A DNA stretch of 64,000 bases, taken from positions 122,326,001-122,390,000 of the forward strand of contig NC_043000.1 of the NCBI RefSeq assembly GCF_006345805.1. The letters run 5' to 3'. This DNA comes from Octopus sinensis. Lineage: Eukaryota. The translations under genes and the position numbers were made by a program. This document shows, piece by piece, positions 13,376-25,255 of this stretch (position 1 is the first letter of the stretch; every line of letters starts with the position of its first letter). The notes under the pieces are model-generated. The model was not told where the DNA came from. It did no database searches and saw nothing but the letters and a program-made list of their open reading frames with translations.

Positions 13376-14854
13376 TTACTGCTCGAAAGTTTTTGCTTTC
13401 TCCTCCGTTGGTTTGTCCTCGAGAAGATCCCAGTACAGTTTCTTTGTGAGATATTTTTGGCATTTACCAACCGCACTGGGGAAAATGCCTTTGAGTGTGT
13501 GGTGCAGACTTTTGGAGATGTGTATTATTTTGATGTGGTCTGGTGGTGTTGTGTATGGGTGGTTGTTTGTTTTTATGTCATCTTCTGTTATGTTTGTTTT
13601 TGATTGGATGTATTCCATCAAATTTGTGTTTTTGGTGTCTATGGCTGTGAGCATGTTTGCTGTATATGTTTTTGTGGTTGTTGGTGTGGCTGTTGTTTGC
13701 GTTGGGTTTTGAAATGTCTTCGGGAGATGTATTTCCCCCTGCTTTGTTCGTGTTTGCATTTGGTTTGGTTGTGTTTCTGCTCTTTATTTTCCTTCTTTTT
13801 GTAGCTATTTGCCATTCCTCACTGGTTTCGTCTTCCGACGAAATTTCTGAGGAATCAGAAGGGGGTAGGGGTATGTTGTGGGCTTCTATGTATGTCTGTG
13901 TAAGTGGTTGTGTTGTTGTTCGTTGTTGTTGGTTGTTGAGTTTTGTGTGTGTTGAGTGCGGTATAAGGGATGGGGGATCAGTTTGTGTGTGTTTTCTTTG
14001 TTTTTCTGTTCTTTGGGTTTTGCTGTTGATGGTAGTGTTGGTATTTTTCCAGGTGTCGAGTGGTTTTTGGTGATGACGGATTAGCTTGGTGTGCTTCTCT
14101 TGTCGTCTTCTGTGTGATGGTGTGGTGTGGGTAGTAGAGCTTTTTTTCCGGAGTGCTTTGGTTGTGGTAGTGGTGTGTTGTTGCTCTTGGTGTGCAGTGG
14201 TTGGGCACGTCTTTTTCAAGTGTGTTTCGCTTCCACACAAATAGCAGTGTGGTCGCCTGCCCTCTACCACTATATAGAGTTTGTAGCCTCCTGGCAGTTC
14301 TATAGCGGTGGGTATCTTCTCTCTTGCTGCTTCATCCAATTGAAGCAGGAATTCGATTGATTTGCCCACATAGTCTTTCTCTCCTAGAACCGCGATTTCC
14401 AGGATGTTTGTCTCTGACATTGTCTCTGACATTTCAAAGCAGATGGCAGAGACACCCATTGTGTTTCGACATCAAATGGTATGTTTTTTATTTGGACTTT
14501 CGTGACCCTTTTGTTTAATAGACTGGTATCATTACCAAGTCGTCCGAATGTAGCTCCAATGTGGAAAAACGTTTTGCTAAACTTTCGTTGAGGAAACGTA
14601 CTTGGACTGTACCAAATTTGTTTCCCCAACTGATATATTCCTTGGAGTCCCATACAGGACGAAGGCATTTATCGATTTTTTCCTGCGGTGCATTTTCTGT
14701 TCTTCTTGTTTTTTGTTTATTACTTTATAAATTATGTTTTTTTTGCGTGTTTTCCACGATGTGTTGTGGAATATGAAGGTGCAATTTGTCTCCTTCTTTG
14801 GAGAAGAGTGCCTTTGTGCGGTTTATCTCTTGTGTGGTGAATGTTACAATTGTT
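13376..14854 (-). CDS. LINE ORF1 of copy 2, N-terminally truncated and frameshifted
   Basis: ORFs 13578-14459 (CYLCGSETHLKKTC) and 13376-13759 match copy 1 ORF1. Confidence 0.75.
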
Positions 14855-14890
14855 AGATAGATAGATAGATAGATAGATAGACAAACAGAC

Positions 14891-14960
<70 letters not shown>

Positions 14961-15000
14961 ATAGATATATAAATAGATAGATAAATAGATAGATAAATAA

Positions 15001-15083
<83 letters not shown>

Positions 15084-15096
15084 AATAGATAGATAA

Positions 15097-15181
<85 letters not shown>
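14855..15181. repeat. (GATA)n microsatellite abutting the truncated 5' end of copy 2
   Basis: Direct reading. Confidence 0.97.
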
Positions 15182-15182
<1 letters not shown>

Positions 15183-15420
15183 TTTGCAAACACATGCATA
15201 TGCACATATTTTTATGGCCTCTATGTTTGTATATTTATTTTTGCCCAACTTCCTGTGTCATGTTTTCGTTACCGTCCTTTACGCTCCTCCATTATTCTCT
15301 ACATTTTTTTTTCTTTTACCTGTTGAGAATATGGCATGGATTAGAACTCGTGATGCCACATAACGAATATCAAGTCATGACTTAACATCGGCTGAATCAT
15401 GTGCGCAGTTGTACTACTGT

Positions 15421-15696
15421 CCAATCAGCGGCTGTTGTTCACGTGATAACATCTCCCAGTCGTTCTCGAAGCTTCTGAAAAACAGCCTATAAACAGAGTT
15501 AATACTACACGGCATTGGCAGTGCACGAGAGACGTTGCGTTTTCTCCTCTCTCGGGAAATTCTACTGTGTTCTTGAGTGCGTTACCAATACATGGACTTT
15601 TCCATTCTTTCTAATGAATATATATGATTCTAGTAGTAGACATGACACGGCGCGGATGTATATTTTCCTTATGTTAAATCCGGCTCAGAGGTAAAC
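15421..15696 (+). promoter_or_regulatory. Candidate RNA polymerase II promoter and first exon
   Basis: CCAATCAG 15421, CACGTG 15440, TATAAA 15488, GCAGT about 32 nt downstream, and a possible donor AG|GTAAAC near 15690. Spacing is canonical but there is no transcript evidence. Confidence 0.35.
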
Positions 15697-16690
15697 TTTG
15701 GAGAGCCAGCTTTTGCATGTTGTACACTGCTATTTTCATCATGCTGATTCTATATGTAAATTGTAATGCATCAACCTCTTTTCATAAATAGTGCGGCATA
15801 ATAAACTGTATTTAAGCGTTTGCTCGTTATAGTTTAGTTATTATATGCAGAGTTTCCACGAACTAAGAACAAAGCATTCTGGTAACATCGGTATAACATA
15901 GCATAACAATAATTGGTGCCCCGAAGTTAAAAACGTAGAAGAAATACCACAAGAGCTTCAACAAAGTCAACAGCAACATTTGGTGACCTGGTGAAGATTT
16001 ATTATGGCTACAAATAACAACTGGTATTTTCTGACACTAAAATGGCAATGAACACACGCAGCAGTTTCATCGAAGAGTTAACATGATGATTTGGTTCTAT
16101 ATGGGAACAATGCGCAGCCTAACCAAATATCTATTGTTCATTAGACCTCACCATAACGACACCAAAATGAACAAAAACTTCTGGGGAAAAAGCATGTACA
16201 AATCTTCTGTGTCAATTCTCTGCTTGTTACTTTGTCGAAGATGACTGTCTGTATGTATATATCGAGTTAAATATTGGATGTAACCATGATATTCTATGAT
16301 CTGAAGTGCTAGCCTTCTGTACCTGCGTTACCTTGTAAAATGGGAAATAGTACTGTGCAATTTATAACATATATACTAATACAGACATGTAAAATAATTT
16401 ATTATACACTAAGATAAATTATTTTACAACGTCGGCTGCGGAACCATCGTTATCTTATGGATATCAGCTGGTGAAATGAATATAATCAGCTCATATCCCT
16501 TGACTCTCTCTATAATCTATACTCTGCTAATGAAATAATCATTACTGATAGCATTTGCTTGATTTCAATTGCATAGGACTCTATATTCTTCCCATTTGTA
16601 TTGGATTACTACGTGGTCTGTAGCCTGGTCAACTAAAGGAGCTTCTGTGTGAGTACCACCCGATTAGATACATTCATATATTAGGCATTA

Positions 16691-16745
<55 letters not shown>

Positions 16746-16789
16746 TATATATATATATATATATGTGTGTGTGGTGTGTGTGTGTGTGT

Positions 16790-16829
<40 letters not shown>

Positions 16830-16873
16830 ACAAAGTGTACTTACGCTGCTATATATATATATATATATATATA

Positions 16874-17280
16874 ATACAAAATGGGACGAGAACGCAAAAT
16901 ATCCGGACAACTAGGTGATGCAAAATGGGGCAACAAAACATCCAGATAGACGATACAAAAAAAACAAGGACGGGTCATTCGAAGCTTTCTATCCTCAGTC
17001 AAGAACCAGATCATCCTCGCAATTTCGGCGGATTAATCTTGAGATTGCTCCAATCTTGCCAGCCCCAAGGAAAAACTAAGCTAAGAGCATTAGATTCCTA
17101 AGAGGAAAGCATCGAATGTATACAAAAAGAAGGACGGAAAAACAGACAATCTTACACAACTATAAATTCAATTTAAATACAATAAAAATAATAACAGGAC
17201 ATAACGACAGATGTTTTCCGACTGGAGACGAATTGAATTAGGCTGGCGTGTGAGGAAATGAAGCCTTACGGCAGAGATAC
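16874..17280. mobile_element. Probable interspersed repeat (Penelope-like terminal region) adjoining (TA)n
   Basis: Starts abruptly at a TA tract and resembles a recurring octopus repeat from memory. No coding proof. Confidence 0.3.
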
Positions 17281-18699
17281 AAAATTTTCCCAAACACAGG
17301 GTGTATTTTATATATATGTATATGTATGTATATGTATGAGCTATGAGAAAGGATTAATGCAGAGAAATAAATAGAAAAGCTAAGTATAAAGATAACAGAT
17401 TTAAAAATAAATATTAAATGCATATTCACTCGTGTTCAATTTAGGAAAAGGTTACCAGTGTACTACTAAATATTGTTTCTAGAAAGAATTCTCACTCCTT
17501 TAAAGATTGTTTTATATATGACATTGAATAACTTGTGAATAGGAAACATTCTGGTGGACGACGGATATCTGAATCCGAATGAAAACGGAGTTCAAATTAT
17601 AGAGATACAAAAAAAAATTCTTCCTGGTTACTATGGCTATGATATCACCGCAGTGTGTCTGAAGCTCACATGATACGGTTTTTGTTGTGAAGATATCCAA
17701 GCGTTATGTCTTTTATGCTAGATAAAACATTAAAGAAATATGAAAATCCTAATATGTTTTTCATTTACAGTACCAAAGACTACAATAACAACAAAAATAA
17801 GTAAAACCGTAACAACAAATTCAAAGAAAAACAAAAGAAAAGTATAGGTAAATAAACCACTGAAGTTTATGGTGAATATAATATTCAACAGATCTATAGA
17901 ATCCTTTTCGATAGTTTTGCGAATAGTACATTTCTGTCTGCAAACGACCGTTTATAATATCTAAAACAGAAATAGTTCCAATGAAAGAGCCATTTTAATG
18001 CTATATACACTGACTTAGTATATTCGATTCAATGAAGATATTTTACAGTACTTGGAATACAATAATATTTATTTTAATGTCGTCTGCACACTTCGATCCG
18101 TTCGCTATCTCAATATCAGTGTAGACTTGACATCCTTTATTGGCAAACTGTATCTATTATGTTTAATCATTCTTTATAATGTTGTGTGTATGCCAACTTC
18201 GTTGTTTTGTATTTTGTAATATACCATGCGATATTTCCATTGCTATTTCTGACTGTTTTTCATGCTGTTATTCTTTTCTGCCGTTTTGGGTTTTTTTATA
18301 TATTTTTATTATGTTTATTCATTCTGTTATTGCGTGATTCATTTAACTTGTCTCTTTTTTTTTCACGTAAGCATAGAGACACACTCACACAAAACCTCAT
18401 ACTCGCACACGCACACAGGTTTACACATGCATGCACGCTCAGAAACACGCACCCAAATTCATATATCGTCTGCTGTTAAATTTTGCAAAAGCTTATATCA
18501 TCTTAAACATATCGTGTACACAATGATACTAATCACATATCTTTGTTGAGCAGATCGTTCTCCTTATGAGCTATATACTGAGAGTCACAACAATTTCAGC
18601 ACCGGTTGTAGTATCGAATCTACGGATTCAAAAGACGACTTGCAAAATATGTCTTGCAATCAACTTGCACATGCAAGTGCTACCAGTCAAAAACTCCGC

Positions 18700-19162
18700 A
18701 TACTGGAATCCAGCAAGTGTATGGGGTCATCAGGAGAGAATGTGCGCCGTTTCGGAGCCTAGCCCTCGACGGCATCAATGATATGAAGCCCGCTTGCTAG
18801 ATCAATTGATTATCAAATAAAGCTCAACAATCTAGCCATTGCTCATCGTCTCTGTTTAACCAAATCCAGTGCCTAGCCTTCTCCACTGTAGATTGGATAT
18901 TGGTCATGGTGGTATTGACTTTACGATGAGTTAGGCCTAATGATAACAACAGTCGTCTCACACTGTTTCCAACAAACCCTCTACATCCGACTTCGATTCG
19001 AAAATGCTCCGCTTTCCAGCCTGCGTCTTCACATTTCTCGAGGAGGTTTACATAATGGTCAATCTTTCGAGCCAAAGCGGCGTCCATGTTATTAGCATGA
19101 GGAACCGTTAACTCGACTAAATTTACGACTTTCCTTCTTTCACACCACATCAAAATGTCAAA
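18700..19162 (-). mobile_element. 5'-truncated HERO-like (RLE) non-LTR retrotransposon: endonuclease C-terminus plus 3' UTR
   Basis: ORF 18824-19153 with the preceding codons reads DILMWCERRKVVNLVELTVP...RKIDHY...GW...IEVGCRGF...HWIWLNR, the PD-(D/E)xK domain pattern of HERO-clade elements. The 3' boundary is uncertain. Confidence 0.8.
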
Positions 19163-19766
19163 AGACGGAAGATGGAATATACGAAAAGTATTTTCTCGTT
19201 ATATTGCATTTTTGCTTCTATGTAAATGAAGATATATCCTCCGCCTGGCTTTTTTTTTCTTTCTACAAAACGAGAAGTTACATTGCAGAAATGTTATTTT
19301 AACGAATTGTATTTATTTATCACCCGACGAGACGCATCTTCACCGCCGGGTTCTCCTGACCAGTTGTTGAGTGTCCCACCCATGAGGGATCGATGCTAGA
19401 TGTGGCGAAACAATTGTCGTGATTAATGAATTCTCGTATATTCCATCTTTCATTTGCCATATGCATAACGACCATTGTGAGGGTGACCATGCTTCACCAG
19501 TAAGCTACCAGGTTTAAACCATTCGTTTTATTATCCAGTATAGAAGAGGCCAATGGAAATTCTTTAAAACAGCTTAAGTGATTCATTACAATTGTTTCTT
19601 TAACAGCTCTATTTGCAACGCCAGTTTACGCAAAATTTCGAAGTGAAATTTTAAGTAATGTTTGCGATTCTTGACATTTGAGGCACTTGCATCAAAGATG
19701 TGCTGTCATATTGTGCGGCTTCTGAACCTTGTCTTTTGGCTTATATAGGAAAGAAACAATATATAT

Positions 19767-19844
<78 letters not shown>

Positions 19845-20619
19845 TAGACGTGTGGATATAGGATGAGTAAGTGCGGTAAAGATTATGTAGTGGGGGCAGA
19901 ATGAAAAGGAAATACAGCCAACAGTATTTTTGTTCACGAATACATTATGCAATTATAAGCCTCATTTTCGCACAGCTCGCTGGTTTGTCTTGGTTTTCAT
20001 AAAGGAGTGACTAAAATGTCGTCAAGTCTATATTGTGACGTGTCTTCATTTTATTCGCTTGATACATCCCTGTTATTTCAAGTATTTTTTCTTCGAAGTG
20101 CCAGACTTTTGAACGTTCTTCCGTTTCATTGCTTTCTCGCACCTTATGACCTGAACTCTTACAAGTCTGAAGTAAAGCCATTCTTTTCATATTAATTTTT
20201 CCTTCATATTACCTTATCCTAAATGGCTTATTGCCTTCATTGGGACCTTCTACAAAGGAAACCATTGGGACTTCAATTTTCATACAAGTCAATATCCTCG
20301 TAACTCACATACACATAAATATATTATGCATCCCTCTATTTCCAATTCCACCCAGTGTGTTATGGACATACAACCACAGCAAACAAATCTACTACTACTC
20401 CCGTCATATGAGATGTAAATACCCCACTCCACCGCGACACACGTACAAACTCTCACAGGCAATCACATGCACCGACACGCAAGAACGCAAACATGAGCAT
20501 TGATCGGTAGTCATATATATATATATATATATATAAAGATATGCATATATATATGTATGTATATATATATATGCATATATATATGTATGGATATATATAT
20601 GCATATATATAAATATATA

Positions 20620-20658
<39 letters not shown>

Positions 20659-21453
20659 TGTGGACGGACGTTATGAATATTATTGAACGCTATCCTTATA
20701 TTTTTACAACATATATGAATATATTAAATTTATGAGTCCTACGTGTGATATCTTTCCGGATACATCTCTACATCTATGTTTGCCGTCTATCCAATTATTA
20801 TTACATCGAATTGTTACAGAAAAAGTTTGGCATTTTATCAAAATTTAAAATGAATTAGACTAAAGTGTACTAGTGTAAATCATATGCGACTATCGTACTG
20901 GCGCCATTTCTGTAGTTTCAGGAAAAGAAACACATTCAAAATTACTGCCATATACATAAAATGTTTCTTATATCAGGCCATATAGCTATGTTTCGCTTTC
21001 ATTTTATTAGTCTACGTAAGTGCACAACACCTCGGCCTTCCTAACATTAACTCTTTGTTTGCTTTATGTTCTCCTCTACACTCCCATCGTCTCCCACCCA
21101 TTCATATAAAAACATATCCACACACAAACACACATATATAAGTATGTGTATATGTATATATATGTATATATATGTATGTATATATGTATATATATATTTT
21201 TATATGTATATATATATATGTGTATGTATGCATGTATATGCATATATATATATGTGTATGTGTGTATGTGTGAATGCATGTTTATACATATATATATATA
21301 TATATGAGCGTGTGTGTATGCATGTATATACACACACATACACACATACACTCAAACACATATATTTATATAAAGAGTGAGAAAAAGAGAGAGTTGCTTG
21401 AATATATGCCCGTGTTTGCGAATGTGTGTGTTCACTCCTTTAATTTTCTTAAG

Positions 21454-21511
<58 letters not shown>

Positions 21512-21520
<9 letters not shown>

Positions 21521-22793
21521 AATGAGGGTGAAAAATCGATATTAATTTAATAATACCGTCAATTTAACACCAAGTGGCTTAGCACAAAAAACTACGGAGG
21601 AAATACAAATTATACATAAATTATTAGAGAGTTATCCACTATGTGGATAACTCTAGTGCTAAAAATAGCTCCGAAGCAACCACAGAAGATCCGTTTCCAA
21701 CTAGAATCAACACCATTTAACTGAAGGAAGTGAAATACAACGAATAAAATAGATTGACTATATACAATGTTTCATTACTAATGCAATATGTAGTTTTACT
21801 TACACTTGCATCTATAAATCTTCGGTAGAGTTTGTCAGAAATGCAATTATTAGATCGATTCGGGCGTCAAAAACACGAGCGGTCCAACCAATTACATTTT
21901 TAGTTATGTCTCAAATTCCGCGCCAAAAGCATGCCTAGACTCCATTGGAACGTATGCCGCATCAAATAAAATATTGACTGCCGCGTAGTTAAATTAAAAA
22001 TTATAAATGAGGGTGAAAAATCGATATTAATTAAATAATACCGTCAATTTAACACCAAGTGGCTTAGCACAAAAAACTACGGAGGAAATACAAATTTATA
22101 CATAAATTATTAGAGAGTTATCCACTATGTGGATAACTCTAGTGCTAAAAATAGCTCCGAAGCAACCACAGAGATCCGTTTCCAACTAGAATCAACACAC
22201 ATTTAATGAAGGAAAGTGAAATACAACGAATAAAATAGATTGACTCTATACAATTGTTTCATACTATGCAATATGTAGTTTTACTTACACTTGCATCTAT
22301 AAATCTTCGGTAGAGTTTGTCAGAAATGCAATTAATTAGATCGATTCGGGCGTCAAAAACACGAGCGGTCCAACCAATACATTTTTAGTATGTCTCAAAT
22401 TCCGCGCCAAAAGCATGCCTAGACTCCATTGGAAACGTATGCCGCATCAATTAAAATATTGACTGCCGCGTAGTTAAATTTATAAAATTATAAATGAGGG
22501 TGAAAAATCGATATTAATTTAATAATACCGTCAATTAACACCAAGTGGCTTAGCACAAAAAACTACGAGGAAATACAAATTTATACATAAATTATTAGGA
22601 GTTTATCCACTATGTGATAACTCTAGTGCTAAAAATAGCTCCGAAGCAACCACAGAAGATCCGTTTCCAACTAGAATCAACACACATTTAACTGAAGGAA
22701 AGTGAAATACAACGATAAAATAGATTGACTCTATACAATTGTTTCATTACTTAGCACTAGAGTTATCCACATAGTGGATAACTCTCTAATAAT

Positions 22794-22800
<7 letters not shown>
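21512..22800. repeat. Tandem repeat, ~486-bp unit x ~2.5, plus an inverted partial unit, flanked by (TA)n on both sides
   Basis: ttataaatgagggtg recurs at 21516, 22001 and 22488. 22751-22800 is the reverse complement of the unit segment ataaattattagagagttatccactatgtggataactctagtgctaa. Confidence 0.92.
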
Positions 22801-22837
<37 letters not shown>

Positions 22838-23574
22838 GTGTGTGTGTGTATGTATATATATATATGTGTGGTGTGTGGGTGTGTGTGTGTGTATGTATGT
22901 ATGTATGTATGTATGTATGTATGTATGTATGTATGTATGTATGTATGTATGTATGTATGTATGCATACATGTATGTATGTATACACATTGATAGATAAAT
23001 TGGTAGAAAGATGATGGGTGACAGATGCATGCATACATACATACATACAGGCTTCTTTAGAATTGGCTGTTTCTTAAATTGCATCTGAGTCATTTGACCC
23101 ATGTTTCTAAGGGAAGCTTGCGATATCTTTGCAACATGTTGGTTCATTCAACTGTTTTGCACTTCCATTTCAAGCAAGAGAGTCGTCTTATCAAAGACAC
23201 TGCTATTCAATTTTTACGTTAGAGAAGCGAATTCAATTTATTAGAATTAAAACATATAAATTTTGCGTATGCATTTCACTTTTCGTTTTTGTTTCAAGTA
23301 TAAAGTCCTTTGTATTTGTGTTCAATTACATTATTCCAAATATTTGTGCATAGGGGCCTTTGCGTTTAGCGTGAATTTCGTCTACATCAAGTACCTGAAG
23401 TTTATCAAATTACATTATACATTTTTCTGCTGGCAGAATCCTTAACATGCCAACGTTAATGATAAGCACCATTTCTTTCGTTTTTATGTTCTGAGTTCAA
23501 ATACAACCGGGGTCTACTTCGATTTTTTCGGGTTCGCTAAAATAAAAGCTCCAGCCAAGTACTCTTCTTTTTTT

Positions 23575-24033
23575 TTTTTTTACATGTTTCAGTCATTTGA
23601 CTGCGGCGATGCTGGAGCACCGCCTTTGGTCGAGCAAATCGACTCGATGACATATTCTTTGAAAGCTTAGTGCTCATTCTGTCGGTCTCTTTTACCGAAC
23701 CGCTAAGTTACCGGGACGTAAACAAACCAGCATCGGTTGTCAAACGATGTTGGGGGAGAGACAAACACAGACACACAAACGTACACACGCACAAACACGC
23801 ACACACACAAACATACACACGCACAAACACACACACACATACACACATACATATATATATATATATACATACGACGGGCTTCTTTCACTTTCCGTCTACC
23901 TAATTCATTCACAAGGCCTTGGTCGGCCCGAGGCTATAGTAGAAGACACTTGCCCAAGGTACCACGCAGTGAGACTGAACCTGGAACCATGTGTTCGTAG
24001 GCAAGCTACTTACCACACAGTTGCTCCTACGCC
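23575..24033 (-). mobile_element. tRNA-derived SINE family A with internal TA/CA microsatellite
   Basis: tRNA-like head with A/B-box-like motifs, conserved body gggcaagtgtcttctactatagcc, tail ...gactgaaaca. Matches 36749-37156 and 47841-48234. Confidence 0.9.
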
Positions 24034-24073
24034 TATAAATGTATATGTATATATATATATATATATGTAAATA

Positions 24074-24176
<103 letters not shown>

Positions 24177-24183
24177 TATATAT

Positions 24184-24224
<41 letters not shown>

Positions 24225-24794
24225 ATTGTAGCCTATTCCGAAGAAAAGAAATTCACAATCCGACGTTACACCCAACCAACACTCCCTTAACGTATATATG
24301 TAATGTTTCTCTGTTATATACCTTGGAAATACCTTGTGAAAAACTCTCAACTGAATGATATGTGATTCTATAAGCTACAATACATAGTTTTCTTGTACTC
24401 TAACATGTAATGAATTATTTCCTCTACTTTGTTCTCTATTCTCTTCCAACATACACTTCCATAACCACACACTCTCGCACACACACATCCAGATGTGCGC
24501 GCACCCGTGTATTTTAGTGCGTGTGTCATTTATGTTTATGTGTATATGTGGAAGAATGATTTGATAATATTCTGCAATATTTGCTTCACTCATGTAGCAG
24601 AACAGCTGTCATTGGAAATATTATTTATTGTACTCTTGAATTCAGTTGTGTATGAATTGTTCTTGGCACCTTCATTTTAATAACTTAAATATCAGTGAAT
24701 TTAGGTTTTTTAAATTTTCGGATACTTTCTTCGGTATTTATGGCAAATCTCCTAATATAAAATATTTATACAAATGTTTTAATATAATATTTTA

Positions 24795-25255
24795 AAGGTG
24801 GTGATCTGACAAAACCTTTAGCACGCCGGGCAAAATGCCTAGCTGTATTCGTCTGCCGTTATGTTCTCAGATGAAATTCCGCCGAGGTGGTCTTTGTCTT
24901 TAATTCCTTCGGGGTCGATCAAACAAGTACCCATTTCTTTATAACCCACATGGGGCTAAACATAGAGGCAACAAACGAGGACAGACATAGGTATTAAGTC
25001 GAGTATATCGACCCCAGTGCGTAACTGGTACTTAATTTATCGACCCCGAGAGGATGAAAGGCAAAGTCGACCTCGGCGGAATTTGAACTCTCAACCTAAC
25101 GGCAGACGAAATACCTCTAAGCATTTCGCCCGGCGTGCTAACGTTTTTGCCAGCTCGCAGCCTTCCGTTCAAATAAGTACCAGTGAGCACTGGGAGTCGA
25201 TGCAATTCGCATATTCCGTCCCGCGAAATTGCTGGCCTTGTGCCAAAACTTGCGA
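24795..25255 (+). mobile_element. Older family-B-like SINE interrupted by an antisense SINE
   Basis: Head and body at 24795-24931; continuation (aagtaccagtgagcactgggagtcg) at 25169-25255. Confidence 0.75.
24932..25168 (-). mobile_element. SINE family B nested in another SINE, with a 13-bp TSD
   Basis: Reverse-complement match to 28651-28883, flanked by tcaaacaagtacc and tcaaataagtacc. Confidence 0.88.

Larger units (their letters stand above)
9507..14854 (-). mobile_element. Tx1/L1-clade non-LTR retrotransposon, copy 2 (5'-truncated within ORF1), inserted in (GATA)n
   Basis: Colinear with 3117-8479, with the same 3' junction. The 5' end breaks at ...gttacaattgtt|agatag, where copy 1 continues ...gttacaattgttctttt. 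Confidence 0.92.

Noticed and set aside
14725-15248. Long ORFs such as [26 protein letters not shown] and poly-N/L/Y throughout the track
   Set aside because: They are translations of GATA, TA, CA, TATG and AAT microsatellites that lack stops, not genes.
17541-17860. Possible plus-strand exons (GNILVDDGYLNP...; PKTTITTKISK...)
   Set aside because: Splice phases do not join the candidate first exon into an open frame, and no homology was recognised.
18725-18780. GAAAC...CTGATGA in type II hammerhead order in the HERO 3' UTR
   Set aside because: Stems II and III do not close and there is no valid NUH triplet.
21626-21652. DnaA-box-like TTATCCAC / TGTGGATAA pair in the tandem-unit hairpin
   Set aside because: Eukaryotic repeat context with no bacterial features; the match is explained by the palindrome.
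21512-22800. CRISPR-like array or hammerhead in the 486-bp repeat
   Set aside because: No unique spacers and no cas genes. The nearest motif (ctgacaa...cgaag, minus strand) lacks the conserved core and stem II.
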